DNA from: a virus
Virus record (IMG/VR): IMGVR_UViG_3300022555_000046
Direction: 5' to 3' (one strand)
DNA length: 64,000 nt
Notes under the pieces: generated by a model
Database searches by the model: none
Told to the model about the DNA's origin: nothing
What the model saw: only the letters and a program-made list of their open reading frames with translations
Part shown: one piece after another, positions 58,801 through 64,000 of the stretch
How the letters are laid out: each line of letters begins with the position of its first letter
Numbering within the stretch: the stretch's first letter is position 1
Made by a program: the position numbers and the translations under genes

Positions 58801-59527
58801 GGGGGCTTTGATGAGAAACTACCTGACTCACAATGACGATGGCTCTGTACTTATAAACGCAGGAGGGAAGAAGACCACCATCTCAAAGAAAATAACCCAC
58901 TATCCGATGCTGGAAAGTGTTCTGGCCGGGGCGTCTGCTGCTCACGAGATCGACAAACAGGCGGCAAAAGGGAATAGCACCGGACTACTTCAGTGGTTAG
59001 AGGAATACGTTGCCTCTGATGCAGCTACGGTCAAGAATGCACCGTTTATTAACATGCTGGAATACGGCCTTATGGGAACCGTCATCAATGCCACCCCGTA
59101 CTTTAAAGACAGGTCAGACTCTGTTAAAATAGACAAGGGGATGACTCAGGTAGAAACCGCTCTGGTGAACAAATTTGCCAGAATGGGAGTCCCCGGGCTG
59201 GTTCAGGAGGTTGCAAAATGGCAATCGGACTTCGGGATGCAGGTAACCCCAGAAGGAGATACGATCCCGGCAGAAAAGCGATTTGCCAAGACCCCGGGGG
59301 AGGCATTCTTCCAGATGTTCCCGGTACTTCGTGAGAAATACGTTCCTACCAATACTGAGCGGGAGGCAATGAAAAGAGAGGACAAGATTAAGAACGTCCC
59401 GACTTCTGCGGAAATGGATGCTAAAATTGAAAAGGGAATTAAGCAGATGGATGAGAAACAATTGAAGGAAGTTCGGATGATCCTCGAACTAAAAAGAAGA
59501 GGGAAAACACTTCCTCCTCCTTCTTAA
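46853..59527 (+). CDS. giant polyvalent ejection protein (4224 aa): TPR-like, radical SAM, zincin metallopeptidase, HhH-glycosylase-like and ART-like domains
   Basis: CLFHCAFC at aa 1520-1527 with YLDDKTF, VELGIES, NLVVGF; WVHEQGIH..LAEEYLA at aa ~2134; GWY..AITS..FSNLMG..TMDRW..VQAALW; FLDKALALNPDD. Confidence 0.85.
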   Translation: MDENTKLPPIDLSGLTGANKGASLPPIDLSGLKKKEEPVNPSDAFSMDAGKNLGGGSPISPIQPSSSEDGTSKAAPGPVVPKEVKPVPQPTPGFNTTKLSPKDEEGFQKFWNENPRVQAWKQDQRLTKGGEDSPDNPDYDYRGAWKSGITPVATKNPSTKKWELNWGNFGSDGQDLKSPNNPTKWKSDYQQAVGVDPDKIGITEARAKAEIAPITSEQEYQDGLDKPKDPVQIERENMWLNQSYLMPRIAMKDAADKGDLTTVVQMLSNLEKTRPADPYANQLPYWAAKKAAENDARNVIVQSGIVDGSPTPDDVKGILARDPSIYDKYGVSGFLDKALALNPDDPTLNGQKVVMAANSGNWKDALLYADKLMSLPPDPNKLAQMEREHMALGAKTKAMQNLSREEQGSNTPEHTKIMNDEVDKLTDQRTVLGDAIKEEQNQWYNRRSSMDYIVAQGVGNSLIGKGVQAFLPPGSTDPAFDPWAGYTPSTTESVAAGFVSLLIDSGPMLPVAGWGTVGKGAAEFGMEGLGAFSVGAKPAEMAVDWAIKKNALKAAEKTIAQFVANGMRESTARKAVAYLSDEMINGATASVIKNAAVSAGSLSAYGMMSETATQLADPKNTLKSINWSQVLKRGGEDFLLGGAVGAIGAGTEIGKGSVGEWGADTGLSKQSISTLKANVSAAGFATEVGVFTVGGTMFDPKKQLSDLTFKDFVLSAIPLVGLKIPHILISGTEWVKAQNFDKGKVNEGVFRVELTPDEISLMYDYKGRPKGRTDKNGNYKLNAFPSSDEVINSLNNDPNQLQWFLRSGSIPIETKAKLMYAIEGLMPDTGTPVVSRIDTKSDGGKSVLIAYNAADEPVFARKYGDADAAEKDAMRFTTLIMERQKRTDANSMTVQQKVNISQRLKAGEADVATLKMGLDKYETPWDRTPLEQKEVDRFDAEVAKEKEIEAKRQDALYKSAKKKMEDGEALSREESNIVKLRDENPLSLDDAVQRVRNLVEPPPIETGLLPKKGESEPVIKPEIPIIPATGSRIEWDKPDDGSDPILGSYKLDDDNHVQIEQVTTQYQKPSRIGRLLGKDGQFVPVSPYWEVNVTGDKFGESTGIHRAETRVGAEKIANEIINKNTDENVNSENAIRVLSPDGRRQTVNPGTILGGGETTQEGNRLVSGETGEVKPSSVVFLDGKAFVVKGISGDKFDLGDGNIVDKSKVLVVGDEGSGKPVKSLLDRPVSEVNPVDINDKSLNDEVKYRTNRLNVEVLDHETAAVSAQVLNMMSDPANAGKSLNEVIDQAVGEYEAFRKVDKEPINGADPVISKDAKGSETTTPSFSLNDAVRNSPKNKGNNLWVRMDPGKDNSDRVLLVQFSNSDLLNRGRLTGDPTELYYDKLYRTRPGFDRTFDFWEIPLWMSRLSHIVDKSDVYVVRDMDEAIKFIKEAGYDRVAFSTLMINEPHISRIAEEIPGQKISVGGYTEFKSLSEKPNVTVYKTVSEFAVQNGYPDVHGYSYRHFRGTRVIPRLSMSEGCLFHCAFCSEIPRVITETPKDIIDSQVESIKDLDARLIYLDDKTFGQSKNHTYLTEIYKRIKEVNPDFEGFIIQTTAGQMLKFDNQFLEDAHIKYVELGIESFNDPILRRLHKPALEKQMELAAEKLRENKINFIPNLVVGFEGKDKVGDTETDWSETPESYARTADYLNKNLDIISHINVNSLALYDGTELSDNIGANIEGNNNQNVVEKPYQKNPSVHRQAILDFTKIASKALDRVPYGPEPLAKPDMINSLNPDGTISAIFVAPYRDLKITSVEDATSVRERPEYKAYIKGMHELGRIMKVEIKNIDHTIGIFEGIPEVSNRVEVNAKTLDEAEQFAALLGVMSHETQKATIASRYVEPDAPSDGVSDRIIELEFKVDNVEGVLKALKDAGLDATLLDEKGRVQILDFYDNKNEEFNSQVDKFATNLKENGITIEDQTARPVDSRYVTEDRRSQLLKEFGVQVEDGQGGEDQRALWQRATERDAEYRSVNGLTPVNYKDVPIEEKVIPAEVPLMKEIQALQEATKKNPAPESQKNVQSIINGLAKKAVNGLDAVVVQSQEDLPADIRAGIEGNASPGAKVNIRGVYDPWNGKIYFIADNLKNENDAVATWVHEQGIHRGLRSLIEKPEELDKLLGKIYDSVGMDKISQTIDRSYINSFNSGKIGKEGLAEEYLAKIAEKIITKEDLNKMEKGIWQQVVDFVRNAIKSFIGKDVALTDNEIADIIKASTASVYERESPFFPSQGGNVMPHMDEFMTGEESFRSIGINPNKTNNLRKIYEKINEYYERKKWRVTDRLKSEKDKKGDELARIIAHNKSVRHQIIPRLSKFIALEVEHMIDTYGMSDRSGVGWYTKQYEKAIDTLSTVYPELKTNEHGERDLFTMLTAITSDQTEVNDNLQAAVEIYEAYKNNGSKKIPYATGGGTKTESYDLNIDRINELLESPEFDGDIKKLSKWLMEKKTGTKFRKEAKELGIKYNSGWEDKMKLPRAVTVFGPKLGVYFSNLMGDEGYPTMDRWESRSFNRYRSSVIPTLKGREGSPESEDVGVRAYKTLIGKPDISDDDAIADATKRTRAYIKRKGPDTVVTKDGITKVKKGGGYWTDIEILVGQKKGTKKEQEIEYEKILANLDVEKAQRDKGVVPNMIKSKEQLIQEGNADTKANGIFQKMNGTVDSPDNAPDRTLQYETFKEAQRKLAEKGYNLSVADVQAALWYFEKDLYIKAGGRENAAGVSYGDVAGPLVKGKLNTGVWKSEMTTKQLKTRDQAEKDTSSGQGRLFSAESEPMSSEDRKKLINGITNVFGKFRDIHPELKGTALVNAFKESVAKTNESIPNDVINEAIFGKKARMKKPADETTAINNATIESELEGREGLQALDALRRHIGAVHSTNVFEAYDIAKAGVNANPEILYGVTNRVLRDHTGNLVDEAVLLIHRAILRNDEIEYLNKLKAEKSPEQRRKLQNDLSEVYRKMSDNDMASWMIGREASNIFRLRQTYVNTELNIGQMEREYMATKSLEELTPEAKAYVAQKFQDLRDAKIRIEELEKAHEADKEKIRIMEVLGTGGRSKNMPKEPENRIKVNVEKLRQIMLAGMKPSSSEEGPVKNIVPKEYSKNMVDDGNGNYIFFRYGHGWEKYKNGMVDPSHWGENSITSDKRSEKVSYYYTQPGDREHNVTGGLHAVRIPKDKVYPFNDDPLNFYDQALALFRKDYGPDVSFSPDKQIDYMNPLIAEAGYDMVVAKWNGKLRAESTKSHPIDMDATRNARGGGAAAEKDDLGSKIKNRIEKEVNTASGFEKYGSLYYAKGGSKADVAELLSNKDIAKLIGKKDVDKYRELEGMYPTDKEAKPSSESSADISRIIKDIAKDHHVMGAKSLDEIVEKTLSDVQQVFPEFTARDIMDHLSGYSKENAPKTRSELATDMANYKREAELRLKLEDTQNGIDTGKVKPKPPADPPEIKELKDQIKDLKNADKPTPAQSAELRKKDRLMQQYEDLKNGITRPKTPAQQKQESQDIIDLRDDIKRLQDKNKPTPEEKKELQIKKRLFENFRDMVENGGGKSGIFVVREGDSEDVIRMKEQGMAEAERLGLPAREYNERRIKYLNNRKNWVQEQIDNEQFTTLKKAAKTYEKTDALLEAEDDYANKVNEWKTERQADLNRNKPPIQRWTENILKWQRFAILGFAGTLAKLAAVVGYGTILKPFMVAWQQVIAQITPKSAKDQMDIWGEAHWSAVSKYYAQFIRNFPITRKGRQNWANMFGGQDPHETQFGKPNIFEEWNIGQGIMEFPGRAHGYIKSFIKNPEFVYATEQISLNYFKKIRDIEQKLRDPNLSSEERKSLEDQHKLYDPSRKDVQFKIGTMSLNHAKWSILMNENDFIQGLQGLFAKGLPGAFLKTELPILRVPLNYIDRALTFKYGLFIALAGKRRLAKEGMPMEAPGLAHLMVSGTKILKPGEADILQRSIVMGSMGAGLFVLGALMRNYLTHNDDGSVLINAGGKKTTISKKITHYPMLESVLAGASAAHEIDKQAAKGNSTGLLQWLEEYVASDAATVKNAPFINMLEYGLMGTVINATPYFKDRSDSVKIDKGMTQVETALVNKFARMGVPGLVQEVAKWQSDFGMQVTPEGDTIPAEKRFAKTPGEAFFQMFPVLREKYVPTNTEREAMKREDKIKNVPTSAEMDAKIEKGIKQMDEKQLKEVRMILELKRRGKTLPPPS

Positions 59528-59679
59528 AATGTTTTAGGGCCACGGATGTCAATCATCTTTGGTCCGTCCTGCTTACACTTCGGGCACCTGACTTGGCAGA
59601 CAGGTTTGGCGGTCCAGAACTCGTGGCCGCAATCGCACCGAAATTTTCTTGTGATGATGATAATTGGTTTTTCTGTCAT
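59524..59679 (-). CDS. small zinc-ribbon protein (51 aa)
   Basis: Manual ORF MTEKPIIIITRKFRCDCGHEFWTAKPVCQVRCPKCKQDGPKMIDIRGPKTF; stop overlaps the giant gene stop. Confidence 0.7.
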   Translation of the reverse strand: MTEKPIIIITRKFRCDCGHEFWTAKPVCQVRCPKCKQDGPKMIDIRGPKTF

Positions 59680-59758
59680 ATATTTGCACGGGTTTTTGCT
59701 TTCATAGGTCGAATGGTTCCCCGGTTGGATTTTAACGGTCCTCCCGGGGACCTTCGTT

Positions 59759-60100
59759 TTAAAGACCTTCTTTTTTTAGGATAATGGTGTACGGACCATC
59801 TTCGCAAGGAATAATAACGACCTTGGACGGGTCTCCCATATATTTCCACTCGATCTTTGCCTTAAATCCTTTTGTGCATTGATCGGGAGTAAGTGGGTAC
59901 TGGGCGTTTGTCTCCTTTTCTATGCGTTCCACTATGCTTTTGGTATAACATTGAGCGGAACAATATCCCAGAAGGACTGGCATTGACTCCACCCCATACG
60001 CCCTCTTCACCCTCTCCATATCAAACAGGGTGTAGCACTGACGGCAGCGGTGAATGTTGTCCTTGGGGTTTGTTGTTTTATGTGCCATTATTTTACTCAT
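59759..60100 (-). CDS. hypothetical protein with CxxC...YCSxxC motif
   Basis: 113 aa, AAGGAGG SD. Confidence 0.7.
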   Translation of the reverse strand: MSKIMAHKTTNPKDNIHRCRQCYTLFDMERVKRAYGVESMPVLLGYCSAQCYTKSIVERIEKETNAQYPLTPDQCTKGFKAKIEWKYMGDPSKVVIIPCEDGPYTIILKKEGL

Positions 60101-60202
60101 TTGTTCCTCCTTTCAAATTACTGCATTATCTTCGATTTAGCGAACGATCTCCCGGGGAAGGTGACTTAGTGCCACCATCGCCCTGAAGTCGTTAAATACC
60201 CC

Positions 60203-60487
60203 CTATGGGGTAGTTCCTGATGAGAAATCCACCTGATCGTATCTGGATGATCCCCGGCCTCCTTTTCTGGCCGATCCGCAGTAACGGGATTGGTGGTTTT
60301 CGTAGTTTTCAACAACCTTCTTCTCGTCATGGTTGCTATTCACGTATACGACTGTCTTCCCGTCAGATAAAAGATGGGGAGTACAGTTCGAGATATCTCC
60401 ATTAGACATGTTCTTATTCTTATGTCCGTTGGTGAAGTGGGAAGGTCTCTCTGGGTGATCTCTTCTGAATCTGGTGTCTGATGCCAT
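60203..60487 (-). CDS. hypothetical protein
   Basis: Likely start MASDTRF just after the ssb stop. Confidence 0.55.
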   Translation of the reverse strand: MASDTRFRRDHPERPSHFTNGHKNKNMSNGDISNCTPHLLSDGKTVVYVNSNHDEKKVVENYENHQSRYCGSARKGGRGSSRYDQVDFSSGTTP

Positions 60488-60497
60488 AGCTGTTGGA

Positions 60498-60938
60498 TTA
60501 AAACGGAAGATCATCCTCGGGCTGATCTCCAGACGGGGATGAAGGCTTTGCGTTTGAATAGGGATTTCTGGGAGTTGAACTTGTTTTTTCGTCCTCGAGA
60601 TCACGATCCCCGGCAGGTTTGTCAAGCATCTTCATCTCAGAACCGATGATCTCGGTCACCTTACGCTTGACCCCATCCTTATCCTCATACTCCCGGGTGG
60701 TTATTTTCCCTTCGACATAGATTCTGGCACCCTTCTTCAGATACTTTTCGGCCACTTCAGCCAGTCCTCTCCAGAAGATCACATTATGCCATTCGGTTGT
60801 TTTCACTCTCTCACCATTCTTATCCTTGTAGGAATCGGTGGTGGCAAGGCTGAAAGAGGCTTTAACTACGCCACTTTCCAATCGGTGAATCTCAGGGTCC
60901 TTTCCGAGGTTCCCGAGCAAAACTGCTTTATTTATCAT
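60498..60938 (-). CDS. ssb: single-stranded DNA-binding protein
   Basis: NKAVLLGNLGKDPE..TEWHNV..LKKGARIYVEGKI..DDLPF. Confidence 0.95.
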   Translation of the reverse strand: MINKAVLLGNLGKDPEIHRLESGVVKASFSLATTDSYKDKNGERVKTTEWHNVIFWRGLAEVAEKYLKKGARIYVEGKITTREYEDKDGVKRKVTEIIGSEMKMLDKPAGDRDLEDEKTSSTPRNPYSNAKPSSPSGDQPEDDLPF

Positions 60939-60961
60939 GTTTAATTACATTAAGTATTGTT

Positions 60962-60992
60962 AAAAACTGGGGTCCGGTTCTGCCCGAACCCC
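60962..60992 (-). terminator. terminator candidate
   Basis: GGGGTTCGG-GCAGAA-CCGGACCCC-AG-TTTTT. Confidence 0.5.
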
Positions 60993-61122
60993 TCAAAATT
61001 GTCTCCCAACAATTTACTCTCTGGCTTTTAGGGGTGCCACCCCAGATCGGCATCGGTATTTCATACTCCTTATGTTTTTAGGTTAAAGTGCATCAAGTTC
61101 TTTTTGCAAATAGGCTCTCCTT

Positions 61123-61635
61123 TCACTTTAATAAAAAATTGTGTTTGATCAATTCCCGGGTAACTTCAAGGATCATCCAGTTCAAATCAGCCGCTGACCG
61201 TTTGCAGGTCATCTGGGACTTGATCCTGATCTTCTCGGCAGTACCGGGACCGTATTTTCTGTCAATCCACGCTCCGAAGTCTGCCTGTCTTCCCGACCAT
61301 TGAATGTTGCAACGAGGGCACTGGGGAGCCAAATTCATAAGGTCAAACTTGGTGGACTTCTTTGCACGGGAGATGTAGTGCCCTGCTTGAGAGTGTCTCC
61401 AAGACATTAAGGCGTTACAGGTACAACACCTGACTCTCCCTTCGGAGTCAGCGGGTAACTGTCTTACAAGAAGAGAGGTGAGCCTCCAAAGTTCTCCGTC
61501 AAGCCATTTAGTGGTAGTCTTTTTCATAACCGCCTTAATCTGCTTAACCGTGTACTTTTTAAGACCCGTTCGTTTTAACGGGGTCCTCCTCTTGGGAGGC
61601 TCTCCTCTTTTCAGTGGCGTTCTTCGCTGGATCAT
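61123..61635 (-). CDS. ninG: NinG/Rap-like recombination endonuclease
   Basis: CCTC..QAGHYISR..KFDLMNLAPQCPRCN..G. Confidence 0.85.
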   Translation of the reverse strand: MIQRRTPLKRGEPPKRRTPLKRTGLKKYTVKQIKAVMKKTTTKWLDGELWRLTSLLVRQLPADSEGRVRCCTCNALMSWRHSQAGHYISRAKKSTKFDLMNLAPQCPRCNIQWSGRQADFGAWIDRKYGPGTAEKIRIKSQMTCKRSAADLNWMILEVTRELIKHNFLLK

Positions 61636-61919
61636 TTCTCGATAGAATTAAGCCTGTCGATTTCAGCGGCAATGAGTGCCCCGGCAATGATAAGGCGATC
61701 CTTGTATGATTTCTTTATCATTTTCCTCCATATGGGTCCACTCCATCTGATGGGAGCAATCCATTCCCTTGGAACATCTACCCCAGAGATTAATTTCTTA
61801 GCCGCCTCTGATAGTTGATAGAGGCTATTTTCGATAACATCCTTATTAATGGACCTGCCGTGTTTTTCGATCTGCTCCTCCCTTTCTTGAGCAATCAATT
61901 CTATTCCAGTCTTTTCCAT
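61632..61919 (-). CDS. conserved phage hypothetical protein
   Basis: IAQEREEQIEKHG...LIIAGALIAAEIDRL family pattern. Confidence 0.75.
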   Translation of the reverse strand: MEKTGIELIAQEREEQIEKHGRSINKDVIENSLYQLSEAAKKLISGVDVPREWIAPIRWSGPIWRKMIKKSYKDRLIIAGALIAAEIDRLNSIEK

Positions 61920-61924
61920 ATGGG

Positions 61925-62782
61925 TTATTTTAACCATTTTTTAACCGTCTTTCCTTGTTGGGATAGGTAAAATCCGCTACTTGGTGGGCGTTTCAACAGT
62001 TGCCCTATCGAATTGTAGTAGACTATCGGACCCGCTGGCAGGTCTGCCGCAAATGTCTTGTCGTAAACCCCCACATTGATTGGCGTGTATGGTGTTGGAA
62101 CTTCAACCATAGAAATATGATTTATCCTAAACCAATTCAAATCAGAGTCCCTTCCGACAATTTTGACACGGTCGATCATGGTACTTCGCTGCGTAAAGGT
62201 AATACTATAATGGCTATCCGTGGTATTGGTTGAGGTAATTGTTGCCACGTTGTACATCGCTGAACTATTCCAGCCCATCAATATCCATATTTCACCATAA
62301 CACACCATGTCAAACTCAAGTTTGTATGTTTTTGGCTGGTCGTTCTGAATTCCGACAATCTGCCATATTTCTGCTTGAGCGCACGGGTAATTCCTCGCCA
62401 TTGCGTATTGACCAGATTGATCACATTCCACAGAGTCGGTTAACGGACCTTTTACCCAGTGCTTTGCAACCCCGGCAGTAACGGAGTCAAAATTCCCGTT
62501 CTTAATGATCTCCTCTCCCTGCTTAGACTTGCTGGCTTTAAGGGGTGGGTCCACGGCAGTCATCCTGAAATATCCATCAATAACGGACTCCGTTTGTATG
62601 TCCCCCTGCTGACACATCACACGGATATTCCCAGACAATTCGGACCCGATGATATGCACAACGTTATTTGTGATAAGGGTATCCATTACGGCAATGGTGT
62701 CTGCGATGGTGCTTACGCTTGTTTGTGCTGTTGCTGTAAACACAGCCAGAGCGGTTAACATAATTACTATTATCTTTTTCAT
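61925..62782 (-). CDS. secreted protein: signal peptide, CBM-like beta-sandwich, T9SS-like C-terminal tail
   Basis: MKKIIVIMLTALAVFTATA-Q; IIKNGNFD..W..IWQIV..TYKLEF; YYNSIGQLLKRPPSSGFYLSQQGKTVKK. Confidence 0.7.
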   Translation of the reverse strand: MKKIIVIMLTALAVFTATAQTSVSTIADTIAVMDTLITNNVVHIIGSELSGNIRVMCQQGDIQTESVIDGYFRMTAVDPPLKASKSKQGEEIIKNGNFDSVTAGVAKHWVKGPLTDSVECDQSGQYAMARNYPCAQAEIWQIVGIQNDQPKTYKLEFDMVCYGEIWILMGWNSSAMYNVATITSTNTTDSHYSITFTQRSTMIDRVKIVGRDSDLNWFRINHISMVEVPTPYTPINVGVYDKTFAADLPAGPIVYYNSIGQLLKRPPSSGFYLSQQGKTVKKWLK

Positions 62783-62803
62783 TTTGTTTCCTCCTATTTT
62801 TAA

Positions 62804-63439
62804 TTAAAGTTTCACTTTGATTTTCAGTTTTATATTACATGCATCACAAATGTAAGATGGTGCCCCAAGAGGCTTATGGCATTCAGGACACGAAAATTTA
62901 TCATCAATTCTCCATGACCTGACAATAAGTTCGATTGGCCGGGGCGATCCATCTTGGACATCCAGAGGAAGTTCCCCTTGTTCGTTTGGTAATCTGATTT
63001 TAAAATGAAGGTAATCCCAACACCAGTCACGGGCACGTTGAAGAATGTCCTCGTATTCAGCGGTGCTTTTGTCGGAGGAGGACCCGGGAAGTTGAATGAT
63101 TTCCCCGGTATCCAGAACCATTTCTTTTCCCCAGAACTTGGAACACATGAGAATGTGAGCCTCCTTCCTGCTCACATACGAGCCATGAGCCTCTGAGAGA
63201 GCCGTGGCGAAGTCATCAAGGAAGATGTGGTGGTAATACCCATTCTGGCCGTAGGTCACCGTACCGTCATCGTGAAGTATCTTGGTTGATCGTTGTTTGT
63301 AAATCTTCTCGCAGGTCCATGTGACCCTGCAAGGTCCGAAACTTTTTATCTGCTCCATAAAGGCGTCCCGGTAGTGCATTTTAGGCACCCCATCCGCACC
63401 GATAGAGCCTGTGGTCGTTGCTTTCTTCTGCTTACTCAT
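62804..63439 (-). CDS. ninB: NinB/YbcN-like recombination mediator
   Basis: QRSTK..QNGYYH..AH..MC..F..SSSDKSTAEY..L..ARDW; likely start MSKQKK. Confidence 0.7.
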   Translation of the reverse strand: MSKQKKATTTGSIGADGVPKMHYRDAFMEQIKSFGPCRVTWTCEKIYKQRSTKILHDDGTVTYGQNGYYHHIFLDDFATALSEAHGSYVSRKEAHILMCSKFWGKEMVLDTGEIIQLPGSSSDKSTAEYEDILQRARDWCWDYLHFKIRLPNEQGELPLDVQDGSPRPIELIVRSWRIDDKFSCPECHKPLGAPSYICDACNIKLKIKVKL

Positions 63440-63677
63440 CTTCGTTTTTGTTAAAAAGTTCGCTGTTATGCAGTGTTTCAAATCGCTTGTTCTTCGGGAC
63501 CTTCTCAGGTGCCTCGAGTATGGTGAAGGCGAAGTCAACGTCAACCTCCTTTAGTTTCCATGAGACATAACGGGCGTATACCTTTCTGAACCTGTTAATA
63601 TTCGTCACGGTTCTGTTTATGGGACGGTGCCCTATTGTGGACCCGTCCCGATAAAGAGTTGCTCCAAGTATTTTCAT
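63432..63677 (-). CDS. hypothetical protein
   Basis: 81 aa, TAATG-coupled to dnaB. Confidence 0.6.
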   Translation of the reverse strand: MKILGATLYRDGSTIGHRPINRTVTNINRFRKVYARYVSWKLKEVDVDFAFTILEAPEKVPKNKRFETLHNSELFNKNEDE

Positions 63678-64000
63678 TAGAATGCGGGATTTGGTGGTAT
63701 TTCAGATGATTGTTGTTCTTCTTCGTAATCAACTTCTTTTACCAACGTATACTCCTTAATGAACTTAAGCAGGAGGTCATCCCGGGTGGGTCCATTTCGG
63801 TTCTTGGCAATAATAATCTCCAGTGCTGATTGAAGTTCATCGTACTGAGGATCATCATGTTTCATGTAATAAGCGGGACGGAAAAGGAAAAGCACCAGAT
63901 CGGCATCCTGCTCAATTGATCCAGACTCACGGAGGTCGCTTAGTAATGGGCGTTTATCGCTACGCTCCTCGGACTTTCGTGACAATTGAGACAAGGCAAT
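63677..64000 (-). CDS. dnaB: replicative DNA helicase, C-terminal part (partial)
   Basis: [41 protein letters not shown]...[11 protein letters not shown]. Confidence 0.95.
   Translation of the reverse strand: MALSQLSRKSEERSDKRPLLSDLRESGSIEQDADLVLFLFRPAYYMKHDDPQYDELQSALEIIIAKNRNGPTRDDLLLKFIKEYTLVKEVDYEEEQQSSEIPPNPAF

Noticed and set aside
47655-59461. Many antisense and alternate-frame ORFs over long genes (also across terL, portal and MCP)
   Set aside because: Shadow ORFs with no start signals or protein-like motifs.
17723-59527. Stop-codon reassignment as in some crAss-like phages
   Set aside because: TerL, portal, MCP and the 12.7-kb gene are intact in code 11; TAG and TGA end genes normally.
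60488-60625. 5' extension of ORF 60203-60625 and of several other track ORFs (38510, 38770, 40566, 62804-63544)
   Set aside because: They overlap established genes; downstream ATGs give normal coupling.
1-64000. Integrase, transposase, rRNA or canonical tRNA genes
   Set aside because: None recognisable in this window.

Overview
The window is part of a bacteriophage genome with a crAss-like (podovirus-type) virion module and a probable Bacteroidota/FCB host. Layout: (1) 1-5340, a leftward early operon of short genes punctuated by structured RNA elements, including a degenerate tRNA-Gln-like gene, a tRNA T-arm fragment, a twice-repeated covarying pseudoknot and a ~480-nt structured leader. (2) 5340-7640, divergent promoters and a gene-poor stretch. 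(3) 7647-12870, rightward small accessory genes. (4) 12914-16840, leftward genes (27-aa Gly/Lys micropeptide, ASCH, YopX, four-domain GroES, RHH). (5) 16953-59527, rightward morphogenesis genes: TerL, portal, scaffold, major capsid protein, collagen-like protein, glycosyltransferase, ring proteins, two beta-repeat fibre-like proteins that unexpectedly start with signal peptides, lysis-type membrane proteins, muzzle protein and ejection proteins. The last is a 4224-aa polyvalent protein with a radical SAM domain, a zincin metallopeptidase and other candidate enzyme domains, but no visible RNA polymerase motif. (6) 59524-64000, leftward replication/recombination genes (ssb, NinG, NinB, dnaB) and a secreted protein with a T9SS-like tail. 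A hybrid promoter, TTGACA-N17/18-TAnnTTTG, recurs throughout, and CCCGGG looks strongly over-represented. All family assignments come from motifs recognised by eye; no database search was run.
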